A DNA stretch of 64,000 nt, from assembly GCA_016210325.1 (NCBI GenBank), contig JACQUK010000112.1, forward strand, positions 598 to 64,597, read 5' to 3'. The DNA comes from Chloroflexota bacterium. Its GTDB lineage: Bacteria > Chloroflexota > Dehalococcoidia > Lucifugimonadales > HRBIN23. This document shows, in pieces, positions 7,215 through 17,068 of the stretch. The notes beneath the pieces are model-generated. The model did no database searches. It was given only the letters and a program-made list of their open reading frames with translations, and had not been told where the DNA came from. How positions within the stretch are numbered: position 1 is the stretch's first letter; each line of letters begins with the position of its first letter. The position numbers were made by a program, and so were the translations under genes.

Positions 7215-8435
7215 ATGGACCAACTGAAGCTGTACTTACTGATTTCCGTCGCAGCCGGGGTGTTGCTGCTGGCAGGTTGCTTTTGGCGTGGTGGAACGCC
7301 GCGGGTAATTCCTCAGCATACCCCAACCTCGGAGTCCTTGACTGAGCGGGAAAAGGACTGGGCTGATAGGGTCTTGCCGCTGGGCAACTGGCGCACGGAC
7401 ATCTCGCGCCGCACGGTCCCGCTGTGGGAGGTCCAGTACCTGGGCCTTCGCCGCAACGCCATTCCGCCGCTCTATCCGAACATGGTCAAGCTGGAGAGTG
7501 TCGGCGAAGCAGACGTATCCCTGGACCCAATGGAGCCCGTTCAGGTCTTTGAGCACCGAGGCGACGCCAGGGCTTACCCCCTGCGCATTCTCATCTGGCA
7601 TGAGGTGGTCAACGACACGGTAGGGGAGCTGCCTGTTGCCGTCACCTACTGACCACTCTGCAATACGGCCACCGTGTTTGGCCGCCGCGCCAATGGAAAG
7701 GTGCTGACCTTTGGGGTCAGCGGCATGCTTCGCCAGAGCAACCTGGTCATGTGGGACAGCGAGACCGAGTCCTGGTGGCAGCAGGGCACCTTCAATGCCA
7801 TCGTAGGAGAGATGGCGGGCACCGGGCTGGAGGTGGTGCCTTCCGCCGTGGTCTCTTGGCAGGACTTCAAGGCGGCCCACCCTGACGGCCGCGTGCTGTC
7901 CCGGCGCTCATTCCCTGAGTACGAAGGACAAGGGCTCTACGGCCTGAACCCCTACCTTGGCTATGATACCGACGCCAGCCCCTTCTTGTTTGAAGGCCCG
8001 GTGGACACCCGCCTTCCGGCTATGGAGCGAGTAGTGGGGGTCCAAATTGGCGGAAGGACTGTCGCCTACCCCTATCAGGCCCTGGCCCAGCGGGGTGTGG
8101 TCTACGACACTCTGGGGGACCGGGAGATCGTGGTGCTTTACAAGGGCGACACTAGGTCACCAGTGGACGCCGGCCAGGTTTCCGCCGGTAGAGAGGTTGG
8201 CACCGCCTCGGTCTTCAGCCCTATGGTGGACGGACGGAAGCTGACTCTCACTGCTCGCAAGGACGGCCTGTTTGAAGACCGGGAAACCGGGACGGTATGG
8301 GACATCTTTGGCTTTGCCCTGGAGGGCGGGCTGAAAGGTCGGCGCCTCATCCCCGTCATCAGCTCCCCGAGCTTCTGGTTCTACTGGGCGGCTGCCCACC
8401 CAGACACCGGGGTCCTCGGCTTTGAAAACCGCTAG
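7215..8435 (+). CDS. DUF3179-family lipoprotein with in-frame TGA (7650-7652) replacing the first Cys of the CPLC motif; candidate selenoprotein
   Basis: ATG 7215 follows GGAGGGGGG. Signal peptide with an LLLAGC lipobox. ORF-track entries 6888-7652 and 7674-8435 share one frame and are separated only by the TGA. The context is PVAVTY-TGA-PLCNTATVFGRR..FGVSGMLRQSNLVMWDSETESWWQQ. Confidence 0.7.
7666..7684 (+). promoter_or_regulatory. Putative bacterial SECIS hairpin downstream of TGA 7650-7652
   Basis: 6-bp stem CGGCCA (7666-7671) / TGGCCG (7679-7684) with a 7-nt loop CCGTGTT. It begins 13 nt after the TGA. Confidence 0.4.
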
Positions 8436-8681
8436 TCCTGGCCTTCAGAGGGCCAATCTGGCGGCCCCGCGCGAGTGGCTGCTGTACTCCTCGCCGACCC
8501 CTGGCTGAGAGACGGGATCAGCCTCCCTTTGGCATGAAGGGTTTTCGTCAAGGATTCCCCTCTGCGACCGTGGCACTTCGTAGGCGCCAAGGCTTGCCTC
8601 GGGCCAGCGAACCGGGTAGACTAAAACAGAGTCTTGCCAGACCAGAGGGGGAGGAGTGCGCCTGGCCTGAGGAGGAGCCAC

Positions 8682-10400
8682 GTGGCCAAGAGACGAGACT
8701 TCATCGTCAGGTTTGCCGGTGAAGGTGGGCAGGGGATGGTGACGGCCGCGGAGGCCCTGGCCCAGACCGCTGCACAGGCCGGGTACCACGCGCTGACCTT
8801 CGCTACATTCCCTTCGCAGATTATTGGTGGCCCAACTTGGGCGCAGACGCGCATCTCCACCGCACCGGTCCATAGCCCCGGCGATGAGCTAGACGTGCTA
8901 GTAGCGTTCAACCGGGAGGCCTACGAGGAGCATAGGGGCGAGGTCCGCCACGGCGGCGTTATCATCTACGATTCGGGCGCCTTCCAGTTGGAAGGCGGTG
9001 ACCATGTGCAGCCGTTGCCCTTTGAGGAGCTAGGGAAGTCCACTGGCAACGCGCGCGCTAGCAACATGGTGGTCCTGGGGACCCTCTCATACCTGGTGGC
9101 CTGGCCTGAGAAGTACCTGACCGATTTCATCACCAACCGGTTCAGCCGTGGCCGCCCTGGCGATGAGGAGGTAGTCCGCTCGAACATCCAGGCCGGGGGT
9201 TTGGGGCGTCAGGAAGCGGCCAAGTGGGGCTTTGCGCTTGGCGAGCTGGCCCCCCCGAGCCCGCGCCAGGGGCAGCAGGTCTTCGTCAAAGGGAACGAGG
9301 CGGTGGCCCTGGGCGCCATGGCCGCAGATATAGACGTCTATGTTGGCTACCCCATCTCGCCGGCCACGCCCATTCTGGTGTTCATGGAGCGGAACCTGGT
9401 GGGCCCGGGCAAGCTGGCCTACCAGGCTAGCTCTGAGATCGAGGCTATCAACGCCGCCATCGGAGCGGGCTACGCGGGCAAGAAAGCGATGACTGCTACC
9501 TCTGGCCCTGGCCTATCCCTGATGAGCGAGGGTATTGGCCTGTCCTGGATGAGCGAGATTCCATTGGTGGTGGTAGACGTCCAGCGGGGTGGCCCTGCTA
9601 CCGGGCTGCCCACCAAGACCGAGCAGTCGGACTTGCTGGCTGCCCTCAACATCGCCCACGGTGATGTGCGTATGCCCATCATCGCACCGGGCACCGTGGA
9701 GGAGTGCTTTTACGCGGCCGCCCACGCCTTCAAGTGGGCAGAGCGCTACCAGGGGCCGGTCGTTGTGCTCAGCGAGATGGTGCTGGCGGAGCGGGCGCAG
9801 AATATCCCGAAACCTGACCTGGGCAGCGTTGTCCTTGAGAAGCGGGTGGTCTACCGCGGGGCTGACGGCTATCTGCGCTACGAGGAGCCGGGGCTTTCCC
9901 CCATGCCGGTGCCGGGCGGCCCGGGCGCCTATGTGGCCAACGGCAGTGAACACGACCCGATGGGTGACACGACCCATCGCTCTAATTGGCACCAGCACAT
10001 GACCGAGCGACGGTTCCGGAAGTTGAAGCTGCTGGAGGACGGGACCTACGAGAGCCTGAACCCGGACGAGCCTGTTGTCCTGATGCCCTGGGGCGGCACC
10101 AAGGGGCCGGCCCAGGAGGCGTACAAGCTCCTTCTGGAGCAGGGGACCAAGCTGGGGTGGAACTACACGATGTTCCTGAACCCGCTGCCCCCCAGGCTAC
10201 TGGACGAGTTGCGGCACAAGGAACTGGTCATCGTCCCTGAGCTCAACTACCTGGGGCAGTTCTCCAGTGTCCTGCGCTCGCTGGGGGTCCGGGCCGAGTC
10301 CATCACCCAGTACACGGGGCTGCCCTTCAAGGTGCGGGAGTTGGCCGACAGGATTGCCGCTCGGCTCCAGGCCGGCGTAAAGGAACGGGTGACGGTATGA
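8682..10400 (+). CDS. 2-oxoacid:ferredoxin oxidoreductase, fused gamma-alpha subunit (KorA-like)
   Basis: GTG 8682 follows GAGGAGGAG; the ORF-track start at 8634 is the upstream alternative. The N-terminal gamma-like block is FAGEGGQGMVTAAEALAQ. The alpha core includes GNEAVALGA, YPISPATP and TSGPGLSLM. Confidence 0.85.
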   Translation: MAKRRDFIVRFAGEGGQGMVTAAEALAQTAAQAGYHALTFATFPSQIIGGPTWAQTRISTAPVHSPGDELDVLVAFNREAYEEHRGEVRHGGVIIYDSGAFQLEGGDHVQPLPFEELGKSTGNARASNMVVLGTLSYLVAWPEKYLTDFITNRFSRGRPGDEEVVRSNIQAGGLGRQEAAKWGFALGELAPPSPRQGQQVFVKGNEAVALGAMAADIDVYVGYPISPATPILVFMERNLVGPGKLAYQASSEIEAINAAIGAGYAGKKAMTATSGPGLSLMSEGIGLSWMSEIPLVVVDVQRGGPATGLPTKTEQSDLLAALNIAHGDVRMPIIAPGTVEECFYAAAHAFKWAERYQGPVVVLSEMVLAERAQNIPKPDLGSVVLEKRVVYRGADGYLRYEEPGLSPMPVPGGPGAYVANGSEHDPMGDTTHRSNWHQHMTERRFRKLKLLEDGTYESLNPDEPVVLMPWGGTKGPAQEAYKLLLEQGTKLGWNYTMFLNPLPPRLLDELRHKELVIVPELNYLGQFSSVLRSLGVRAESITQYTGLPFKVRELADRIAARLQAGVKERVTV

Positions 10401-11263
10401 GCAAGAAGAACCCCGAGTACGATTTTGCCTGGTGCCCTGGCTGTGGTGACTTCGGCGTTCGGCGGGCCCTGGAGTTCGCCCTGCGGGACTGGATGAACGA
10501 GACCAGGCGTCGCCCTGAGGACACGGTGGTAGTGGCAGGCATCGGCTGCTCCGGCAACATGGTCCACATGCTGGAGGGGCCGCAGCCCTTCGGCTTCCAC
10601 GGCATCCACGGAAGGACATTGCCCATCGCCTTTGGGGTGAAAATGGCGCGGCCTGACCTCAACGTGGTCGTTGTGGCCGGCGATGGCGACTTCCTCAGCA
10701 TCGGGGCGGAGCACATCGGGCCGCAGGCGCAACGCAATCTGAACGTCACCGCGGTTATCATGGACAACGGCGTCTATGGCCTGACCAAGGGGCAGAGTTC
10801 GCCCACCACCGAGACGGGCAGCATCACCTCCACTACCCCGTTCGGGAAGCTGGAGGTGCCCATGCGGCCTCTGGAGATGTACCTGACTTGGGGTGTCTCC
10901 TTCGTTGCCAGTTGCTACTCCAGCCGCGTGAAGGACCTGGCCAGGTTGATCATGGAGGGGATGAAGCACCCGGGCTTTGCGGTTGTCCACGTGCAGTCAC
11001 CGTGCACGACCTACAACGACACCCACGATATCTTGAAGGGCGACATCAAGAAGGGCCTTGCCCCCAAGATCTGGGACATTCCGCCAGACCACGACGCCGC
11101 CAGTCTGGAGGCGGCCTACGAGGTCGCCCGCTCGCCTGGCATCCCTATGGGGATCATCTACCGCAATCCCAAGTCGGCGTCGCTGGACCAGCGGGTGGCA
11201 GAGTTGGCCCTGAAGGCCAAGCCGAAGAGCGTCCAGGAGCTGGTGGACTCCTATCTGGTATAG
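10397..11263 (+). CDS. 2-oxoacid:ferredoxin oxidoreductase beta subunit (TPP-binding, KorB-like)
   Basis: WCPGCGDFG, GIGCSG and GDGDFLSIG (TPP motif). There is a 4-nt ATGA overlap with the alpha gene. Confidence 0.9.
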   Translation: MSKKNPEYDFAWCPGCGDFGVRRALEFALRDWMNETRRRPEDTVVVAGIGCSGNMVHMLEGPQPFGFHGIHGRTLPIAFGVKMARPDLNVVVVAGDGDFLSIGAEHIGPQAQRNLNVTAVIMDNGVYGLTKGQSSPTTETGSITSTTPFGKLEVPMRPLEMYLTWGVSFVASCYSSRVKDLARLIMEGMKHPGFAVVHVQSPCTTYNDTHDILKGDIKKGLAPKIWDIPPDHDAASLEAAYEVARSPGIPMGIIYRNPKSASLDQRVAELALKAKPKSVQELVDSYLV

Positions 11264-11294
11264 GCTGTCACGGACGAGCACAAGCCGTTAACCG

Positions 11295-11328
11295 AACGAG
11301 GGTGCTGGCTTTAGCCAGCACCCTCGTT
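11295..11328. terminator. Hairpin between convergent genes (terminator-like, no clear U-tract)
   Basis: Perfect 15-bp stem AACGAGGGTGCTGGC / GCCAGCACCCTCGTT with loop TTTA, located between the korB-like stop (11263) and the OCD-family stop (11365). Confidence 0.5.
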
Positions 11329-11364
11329 GCACATTGCCCGGTGTTGTATGGGGCCTCTGAATGG

Positions 11365-12312
11365 CTACAGGATGGGCTGCCCCACGCCTTCCACCTGAGC
11401 GCGCTGGTAGATGTGGTGCGCTGCGGCAACGTCTTCCAGCGCCAACCCCTGGGACTCGAAGAGGGTGATATCCAGCGGACCAGCGCGGCCGGGCAGGCGT
11501 CCAGCCACCACATCCCGCAGCTCCCGGACCCGCTCCCACCGCAGCACCCCGCGCTCGGCCGCCCAGATGAGCTCGCCGCACTCGATGCGGGCGTCGTCCA
11601 CGCTGTCTGCCACGATGGTGCTGCTGCGCTGGATAGTGGTCTCGTCAATCTCGCGTCGCATCCAGTGGTTGCCACCGGCAGCGTTGACGTGGGCCCCTTC
11701 GGCCAGCCACCGGCCGTCGAACACCGGCTCCCGGCTGTTGGTGATGGTCACCAGGATGTCGGCGTCTCGCACACACTCCTCGGCCGAGGCTGCCGCCCTG
11801 ACGGGAATTCCCAGGTGTACGGTCATCTCCTGGGCGAAGGCCTGGCGCCGCTCCTCGTGGCGACTGTAGGCACGCGCCTCCTTCACCGGGCGCACGGTGC
11901 AGACCGCCTCCAGTTGTGTCCTGGCCTGGAACCCGGCGCCGATGACACCGACCACCGAGGCATCCTGCCTCGCCATGTGCCTCGTGGCGACGCCGGAGGC
12001 CGCCCCCGTGCGGATGGCCCCCAGCCAGTTGGCCTCTAGAATCGCCAGCAACTGTCCCCCAGCCATGCTGTAGAGGTGCACCAGGAACTTGCCCTGGGGG
12101 CCGGTGGAGTAGGCCTTGAACCCCATCACCCCCAGGCCGGCGTCGGCAGCGGCCATGAGCTGGAGCCCGCTGCGCTGGACGCGGAGCCGTTGGCGTGGGT
12201 GGTTGGTGGCGTCGCCTTCCCCCCAACGGCGGAAGGCCGTTTCCACCGCGGAGACTGCTTCCTTCATGGGGAACAGCCGCACCACATCGGCTTCGGTCAG
12301 AAACAAGGCCAC
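11365..12312 (-). CDS. Ornithine cyclodeaminase / mu-crystallin family protein
   Basis: GTG start follows GAGGAGG. N-terminal LFLTEADVVRLFPMKEAVSAVETAF. Rossmann block VGVIGAGFQARTQLEAV. Confidence 0.85.
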   Translation of the reverse strand: MALFLTEADVVRLFPMKEAVSAVETAFRRWGEGDATNHPRQRLRVQRSGLQLMAAADAGLGVMGFKAYSTGPQGKFLVHLYSMAGGQLLAILEANWLGAIRTGAASGVATRHMARQDASVVGVIGAGFQARTQLEAVCTVRPVKEARAYSRHEERRQAFAQEMTVHLGIPVRAAASAEECVRDADILVTITNSREPVFDGRWLAEGAHVNAAGGNHWMRREIDETTIQRSSTIVADSVDDARIECGELIWAAERGVLRWERVRELRDVVAGRLPGRAGPLDITLFESQGLALEDVAAAHHIYQRAQVEGVGQPIL

Positions 12313-12429
12313 GCCCGCCTCCTCGTACAGACCTGCGCCCGCGGTGCAGGAAGTGTAGCACGGTTTCTGGCCCGAAGGGAGGTACTTGGGGTGGAGAACA
12401 GGGCCTTGTTGTCTTCACCCCCTCTCTGA

Positions 12430-12482
12430 CTCTCCCCCTCACGGGGGAGAGGAGGGTTCCTTCCCCCGTTTCCGGGGGAAGG
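12430..12482. repeat. Twin GC-rich hairpins
   Basis: CTCTCCCCC-tcac-GGGGGAGAG (12430-12451) and CCTTCCCCC-gtttcc-GGGGGAAGG (12459-12482). Both stems are a perfect 9 bp. Confidence 0.7.
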
Positions 12483-12539
12483 TCAGGATGGGGGCGAATG
12501 AGCGACAACGAAAATGCCCTGGGCGCCGGCGGGTGCGAG

Positions 12540-12568
12540 TTGTGGGGAGGCGCTGTAGGCGCTATAAT
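12540..12568 (+). promoter_or_regulatory. Candidate sigma-70 promoter for ilvD
   Basis: TTGTGG (12540-12545), a 17-nt spacer, then a perfect TATAAT (12563-12568), 35 nt upstream of ATG 12604. Confidence 0.35.
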
Positions 12569-12603
12569 GTTCGGCAGGCCCCAGCCAGGGCGAGGGGAGG
12601 TCT

Positions 12604-14289
12604 ATGGCGCGGTCCGACGTCATAAAACGGGGGATTGAACGGGCCCCACACCGAAGCCTGCTGCGCGCCACTGGCCAGATCCGCGACCCCAGCGACTTCG
12701 ACAAACCCTTCATCGCCATCTGCAACTCCTACACCGACATCATCCCCGGCCATGTCCACCTCCAGGAGTTCGGCAAGGTTATCAAAGAGGCTGTCCGCAG
12801 CGCTGGGGGTGTGCCCTTCGAGTTCAACACCATCGGTGTGGACGACGGCATTGCCATGGGCCACCTGGGGATGAAATACTCCCTGCCCAGTCGCGAGCTC
12901 ATCGCTGATTGCGTGGAGACGGTGGTCCAGGCCCACCAGTTTGATGGCATGGTGTGCATCCCCAACTGCGACAAGATCGTGCCGGGGATGCTGATGGCGT
13001 CCATGCGACTGGACATCCCCACCATCTTCGTCAGCGGCGGGCCCATGATGGCGGGGCAGACCAGCAGCGGGCGCGCTGTGGACCTCATTACGGTGTTCGA
13101 GGGCGTGGGTGGGTTCAAGGCAGGGAAGGTCTCCGCAGCAGAGCTGCTGGAGCTGGAAGAGAAGGCCTGCCCCACCTGCGGCTCCTGCTCTGGCATGTTC
13201 ACTGCCAACTCCATGAACTGTCTCATGGAGGCCCTGGGTATGGCCCTGCCCTGGAACGGCACTGCCCCAGCCATCAGCGAGCAACGCAAGGAGCTCCTGT
13301 GGGAGGCTGGCCGTCGTATTGTTCGTCTCGTGGAAGAGCAGCTCACTCCCAGGAAGATCATAGACATCAAGACGATTGACAACGCTTTTGCCCTGGACAT
13401 GGGTATGGGCGGCTCCACCAACACGGTGCTGCATACGCTGGCCATTGCCCATGAGGTGGGCGTGGACTACCCCCTGCGCCGCATCAACGACGTGGCTGCC
13501 AGGGTGCCTTGCATCTGCAAGGTCAGCCCCTCCTCGCAGTACCACGTCCAGGACGTGCACGAGGCGGGCGGGGTCAGTGCCATCCTCAACGAGCTGGGCA
13601 AGAAACCAGGCGTCCTGGACATGGGCCGCCCAACGGTGACGGGGCAGAGCCTGGGCGAGAACGTCCGCGACGCCCGCGTATTGAACTCGGCGGTGGTCCG
13701 GTCAGTGGAGGACCCCTACAGCGCCAGGGGCGGCCTGGCGGTGCTCTTCGGCAATCTGGCGCCCCGGGGGGCTGTGGTGAAGGCGGCGGGGGTAGACCCC
13801 TCCATGATGCAGTTCGAGGGGCGGGCACGGGTGTTCAACTCGGAGGAGGCGGCGGTCAAGGCCATCCTTGGCCGCGAGGTCCATGCCGGCGACTGCATCG
13901 TCATCCGCTACGAGGGCCCCAAGGGCGGGCCAGGCATGAAAGAGATGCTGGCGCCCACCTCGGCCATCATGGGGATGGGCCTGGGCAAGAGCGTGGCCCT
14001 GGTCACCGATGGGCGTTTCTCCGGAGGCACTCGTGGGGCCTGCATCGGCCACGTCTCGCCAGAGGCTGCGGCCGGCGGGCCTATCGCCGCAGTGGAAGAC
14101 GGGGATGCCATTCAGATTGACTTGATGAACAACCGCCTGGAGGTAGCCCTCCCGGAGGGCGAACTGGGGTGGCGGCTCAAGGGAGTGCGCCCGCACCGGC
14201 AGGAGGTCAGTAGTCCCTGGCTCCAGCGGTATGCCTATTTTGTGACCTCGGCGGACACGGGCGCGGTGCTGCGCAGACCGGAGTTCTAG
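12604..14289 (+). CDS. ilvD: Dihydroxy-acid dehydratase
   Basis: N-terminal [22 protein letters not shown]. Other motifs are [29 protein letters not shown] and [11 protein letters not shown]. Confidence 0.95.
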   Translation: MARSDVIKRGIERAPHRSLLRATGQIRDPSDFDKPFIAICNSYTDIIPGHVHLQEFGKVIKEAVRSAGGVPFEFNTIGVDDGIAMGHLGMKYSLPSRELIADCVETVVQAHQFDGMVCIPNCDKIVPGMLMASMRLDIPTIFVSGGPMMAGQTSSGRAVDLITVFEGVGGFKAGKVSAAELLELEEKACPTCGSCSGMFTANSMNCLMEALGMALPWNGTAPAISEQRKELLWEAGRRIVRLVEEQLTPRKIIDIKTIDNAFALDMGMGGSTNTVLHTLAIAHEVGVDYPLRRINDVAARVPCICKVSPSSQYHVQDVHEAGGVSAILNELGKKPGVLDMGRPTVTGQSLGENVRDARVLNSAVVRSVEDPYSARGGLAVLFGNLAPRGAVVKAAGVDPSMMQFEGRARVFNSEEAAVKAILGREVHAGDCIVIRYEGPKGGPGMKEMLAPTSAIMGMGLGKSVALVTDGRFSGGTRGACIGHVSPEAAAGGPIAAVEDGDAIQIDLMNNRLEVALPEGELGWRLKGVRPHRQEVSSPWLQRYAYFVTSADTGAVLRRPEF

Positions 14290-14387
14290 CTAGCGATCAA
14301 CGAGAGTGACCCTCGGTGAGGCGCGCCTAGAGTGGTGTAGATGGCCGGGCGTTGGTTGCGGGATAGCGAAGCATGGCGTGCTGGTAA

Positions 14388-14915
14388 ATGCTTGCGAGCG
14401 CCCTGGCATCCGTGGCAAGGAGGTCTGGCGTGGAGGTAGACCAACGCAAGCAGCAGGCTTGGCGGGCGTTCCGGCAGGGCTACGAGGCCCAGCGTCAGGG
14501 GTGTTTGGAGGAGGCGGTGCGTTTCTACCGACTGTCCATTGCGCTACGCCCCACAGCGGAGGCCCACACCTTCCTGGGCTGGAGCTACAGCAAGCAACAG
14601 AGACTCCACGAAGCTATCCGGGAGTGCGTGAAGGCCATCCGTGTTGATCCTGACTATGGCAATCCGTACAACGATATTGGGGCATACCTGATTGAGCTGG
14701 GGCGGCTGGACGATGCGGTTCCGTGGCTGGAAAAGGCCACCCGGGCCAAGCGGTACGAAAGCCCCTGCTTCCCCTGGGTGAACCTTGGCCGAGTGTGGGA
14801 ACGCAAGGCCCGGTGGTACCGTGCCATGGAGTGCTACAAACGGGCACTGGCGTGCAACCCGCGCTCTGCCCCAGCGGCCAGGGCGCTGGCCAGGATACGG
14901 GGCCTTCTGAACTGA
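14388..14915 (+). CDS. TPR-repeat protein
   Basis: Repeated A-x-x-x-Y-x-x-A-L/I-x-x-x-P patterns (EEAVRFYRLSIALRP, HEAIRECVKAIRVDP, YRAMECYKRALACNP). Confidence 0.65.
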   Translation: MLASALASVARRSGVEVDQRKQQAWRAFRQGYEAQRQGCLEEAVRFYRLSIALRPTAEAHTFLGWSYSKQQRLHEAIRECVKAIRVDPDYGNPYNDIGAYLIELGRLDDAVPWLEKATRAKRYESPCFPWVNLGRVWERKARWYRAMECYKRALACNPRSAPAARALARIRGLLN

Positions 14916-15108
14916 GCCCCAGCCGCTTTGTCTAGGCAACTGCTCTGTTTCCCCAGTAACCACCCCAGCATCCTCTTTTGTGCACCTCGCCAGCCAGCCG
15001 ACTTCGGCGCTCGTGAGAGCGGGACGGCCTCGGTCTTCCTCCCCATCAACTGGGTTGGCGGATGTCGGAGTTGTCCCCCCACAGGAAGAAAGAAGGGGGA
15101 TTGAGTAA

Positions 15109-15172
15109 CCTTGAAGGGCAAAGCCCCTCAAGCTCCCCTGGGGGTACGAGGAACAAGAACCGAAAGACCCTG
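15109..15172. repeat. Dispersed repeat, family C (hairpin plus GGTACGAGGAAC block)
   Basis: CCTTGAAGGGCAAAGCCCCTCAAGCTCCCCTGGGGGTACGAGGAACAAGAACCGA resembles 29147-29210 (GCTGAGGGGCTTCGCCCCTCAGCCTCCCCTTGAGGTACGAGGAACGATAACCGA). Confidence 0.6.
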
Positions 15173-15264
15173 GTCCCTTAGGCCCTTCGACTAGCGTCAA
15201 CCTGAAAGGGCGTGGTACCATGCTCGCGACTACGTACCGCTAATAGCGAGGAGGCTTCACCATC

Positions 15265-16458
15265 ATGGCTGGCCCGCTGGAGGGCGTCATTGTCCTGGAC
15301 CTGACGTGGGTCCTCTCTGGCCCTTTTTGCACCATGCTGTTGGCTGACCTGGGTGCCGATGTCATCAAGGTGGAGCGGCCGGGGTTAGGCGACGCAGCGC
15401 GGGGGACGGGGCCCTTTGTGGACGGTGAGAGCGCCTACTTCATGAGCATCAACCGCAACAAGCGGAGCATCACGCTGGACCTGAGCAAGCCCGCGGGCAA
15501 AGAGCTCTTTCTGCAACTGGTGCGGAAGGCCGATGTAGCGGTGGAGAACTTCACCCCGGGGGCTATGGAGCGCCTCGGCTTGGGGTACGGCCGGCTCCAG
15601 GATGCCAACCCGCGCCTGGTCTACTGCGCCATCTCCGGCTTCGGGCAGACCGGTCCCTATTCTCAGCGCCCAGCCCTGGATATCATTGTCCAGGCTATGG
15701 GCGGCATCATGAGCATCACCGGCGAACCGGGGGGCCGACCTCTCCGCCCTGGGGCGTCCCTGGGGGACATTGTAGCCGGCACCTTCGCGGCCAACAGCAT
15801 CTGCGCCGCCCTCTACGAGCGAAGCCGCAGCGGCCGGGGACAGATGGTGGACATCGGCATGCTGGACTGCCAGGTGGCGGTCGTGGAGAACGCCTTGGCC
15901 CGCTACTTCGCCACCGGCCAGGTGCCCAGCCCCCTGGGGACCCGGCACCCCTCGGCAACCCCCTTTCAGGCGTTCCCCACCAAGGACGGCTGGATCGTTG
16001 TGGCTATCTTTGGCGGTAACACCTCTATGTGGGACCTGTTCTGCGCTGCTATAGGCCACCCGGAGTGGATGGACGACCCCCGCTTCCAGACGGCCTGGGA
16101 CCGAACGCAGCACGTAGAGGTGCTGGAGCCGGTCATTGCTGAGGCGATGCGCGCCAAGACCACCCAGGAGTGGCTGGACGAGCTGCTGCCCCTGGGAATC
16201 CCGTGCGGGCCGGTCAACAGCATCGACCGGGTGGCCTGCGACCCTCAGGTAAAGGCGAGAGGGATGCTCGTGGAGCTGCCCCATCCGCGGTTGGGGACCT
16301 GGAAGTACCCTGGAAGCCCCTTCAAGTTCTCCAGGACCGCGGTGGCCGTGGAGACGCCTCCGCCGGACCTGGGCCAGCACACGGAGGCGGTGCTTCAGGA
16401 GCTCCTGGGGATGGGGCAGGAACAGGTGGCTACGCTAAGGCAGCAGGGGACCATCTAG
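15265..16458 (+). CDS. CoA-transferase family III (CaiB/BaiF) protein
   Basis: GPLEGVIVLDLTWVLSGPFCTMLLADLGADVIKVE, YFMSINRNKRSITLDL and LVYCAISGFGQTGPY. Confidence 0.9.
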   Translation: MAGPLEGVIVLDLTWVLSGPFCTMLLADLGADVIKVERPGLGDAARGTGPFVDGESAYFMSINRNKRSITLDLSKPAGKELFLQLVRKADVAVENFTPGAMERLGLGYGRLQDANPRLVYCAISGFGQTGPYSQRPALDIIVQAMGGIMSITGEPGGRPLRPGASLGDIVAGTFAANSICAALYERSRSGRGQMVDIGMLDCQVAVVENALARYFATGQVPSPLGTRHPSATPFQAFPTKDGWIVVAIFGGNTSMWDLFCAAIGHPEWMDDPRFQTAWDRTQHVEVLEPVIAEAMRAKTTQEWLDELLPLGIPCGPVNSIDRVACDPQVKARGMLVELPHPRLGTWKYPGSPFKFSRTAVAVETPPPDLGQHTEAVLQELLGMGQEQVATLRQQGTI

Positions 16459-16464
16459 GCTACG

Positions 16465-16950
16465 ATGGACAGCCAGCAGGACGCAGACCAGCTTCAAAAA
16501 GCCATCACCGCTGCGTTACGTCTTGTGGCCCAGCGCTCAAGGACGCAGGCGGAGCTGAGGCAGCGGTTGGGCCGCCGTTTCCCGGCGGGGCCGGTGGAGG
16601 CCGCCCTGGCCCGCTTGCGCGAGCTAGGCTACGTGGACGATGCCAGCTTTGCATCCCAGTGGGTGCAGGGCCGGGACCAGGGACATCCTCGCGCGGCGGC
16701 CCTGGTGCGACGAGAGTTGCTGGCCCGAGGTGTTGGCCCGCAGGAGGCAGAAGCCGCGGTGGCTGCTCTCGATGATGTGGAGAGCGCCTACCAGGTGGCG
16801 CGGAAGGCGGCGCCGTCGCTACGAGGGCTGGGGAAGGTGCTGTTCCAGCGCAGGTTGTGGGGACGGCTGCGACGGCGAGGCTTCGGCCCTGAGTTGGCGT
16901 GGCAGGTCATCGAGCGGCTCTGGCGCGAAGGCGAAGCAAGCAGTGGCTAG
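16465..16950 (+). CDS. recX: Recombination regulator RecX
   Basis: AALRLVAQRSRTQAELRQRL ... LARLRELGYVDDASFASQWV shows the three-repeat RecX pattern. Confidence 0.8.
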   Translation: MDSQQDADQLQKAITAALRLVAQRSRTQAELRQRLGRRFPAGPVEAALARLRELGYVDDASFASQWVQGRDQGHPRAAALVRRELLARGVGPQEAEAAVAALDDVESAYQVARKAAPSLRGLGKVLFQRRLWGRLRRRGFGPELAWQVIERLWREGEASSG

Positions 16951-17068
16951 GGAGTTGTCCCCTGGGCTGTCCCGACGGCGTCGGGATTGCTAGACGGTTT
17001 TACGCAGTGAAGGCCAGTGGGGCCTGTCCCTTGGCGCCGTGACGCGGGCTGCACGGTGAGAGGTCAAG

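Noticed and set aside
692-8435. Alternative reading of the two in-frame TGA codons as ordinary pseudogene lesions or sequencing errors.
   Set aside because: This reading is not fully excluded, but I judge it less likely:
- Both stops fall exactly on conserved redox-type Cys codons, one substitution away from TGC or TGT.
- Both downstream coding regions remain intact and in frame.
- Both are followed at 11-13 nt by a stable hairpin.
- The two cases are therefore kept as findings with explicit refutation tests.
10888-12508. ORFs 10888-12039 (+, 383 aa) and 11645-12508 (-, 287 aa).
   Set aside because: They overlap the well-supported korB-like and ornithine-cyclodeaminase genes in other frames or strands. 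Their translations are Arg/Pro/Gly-rich without motifs.
12562-13560. 332-aa minus-strand ORF.
   Set aside because: It is antisense to ilvD, which is unambiguous.
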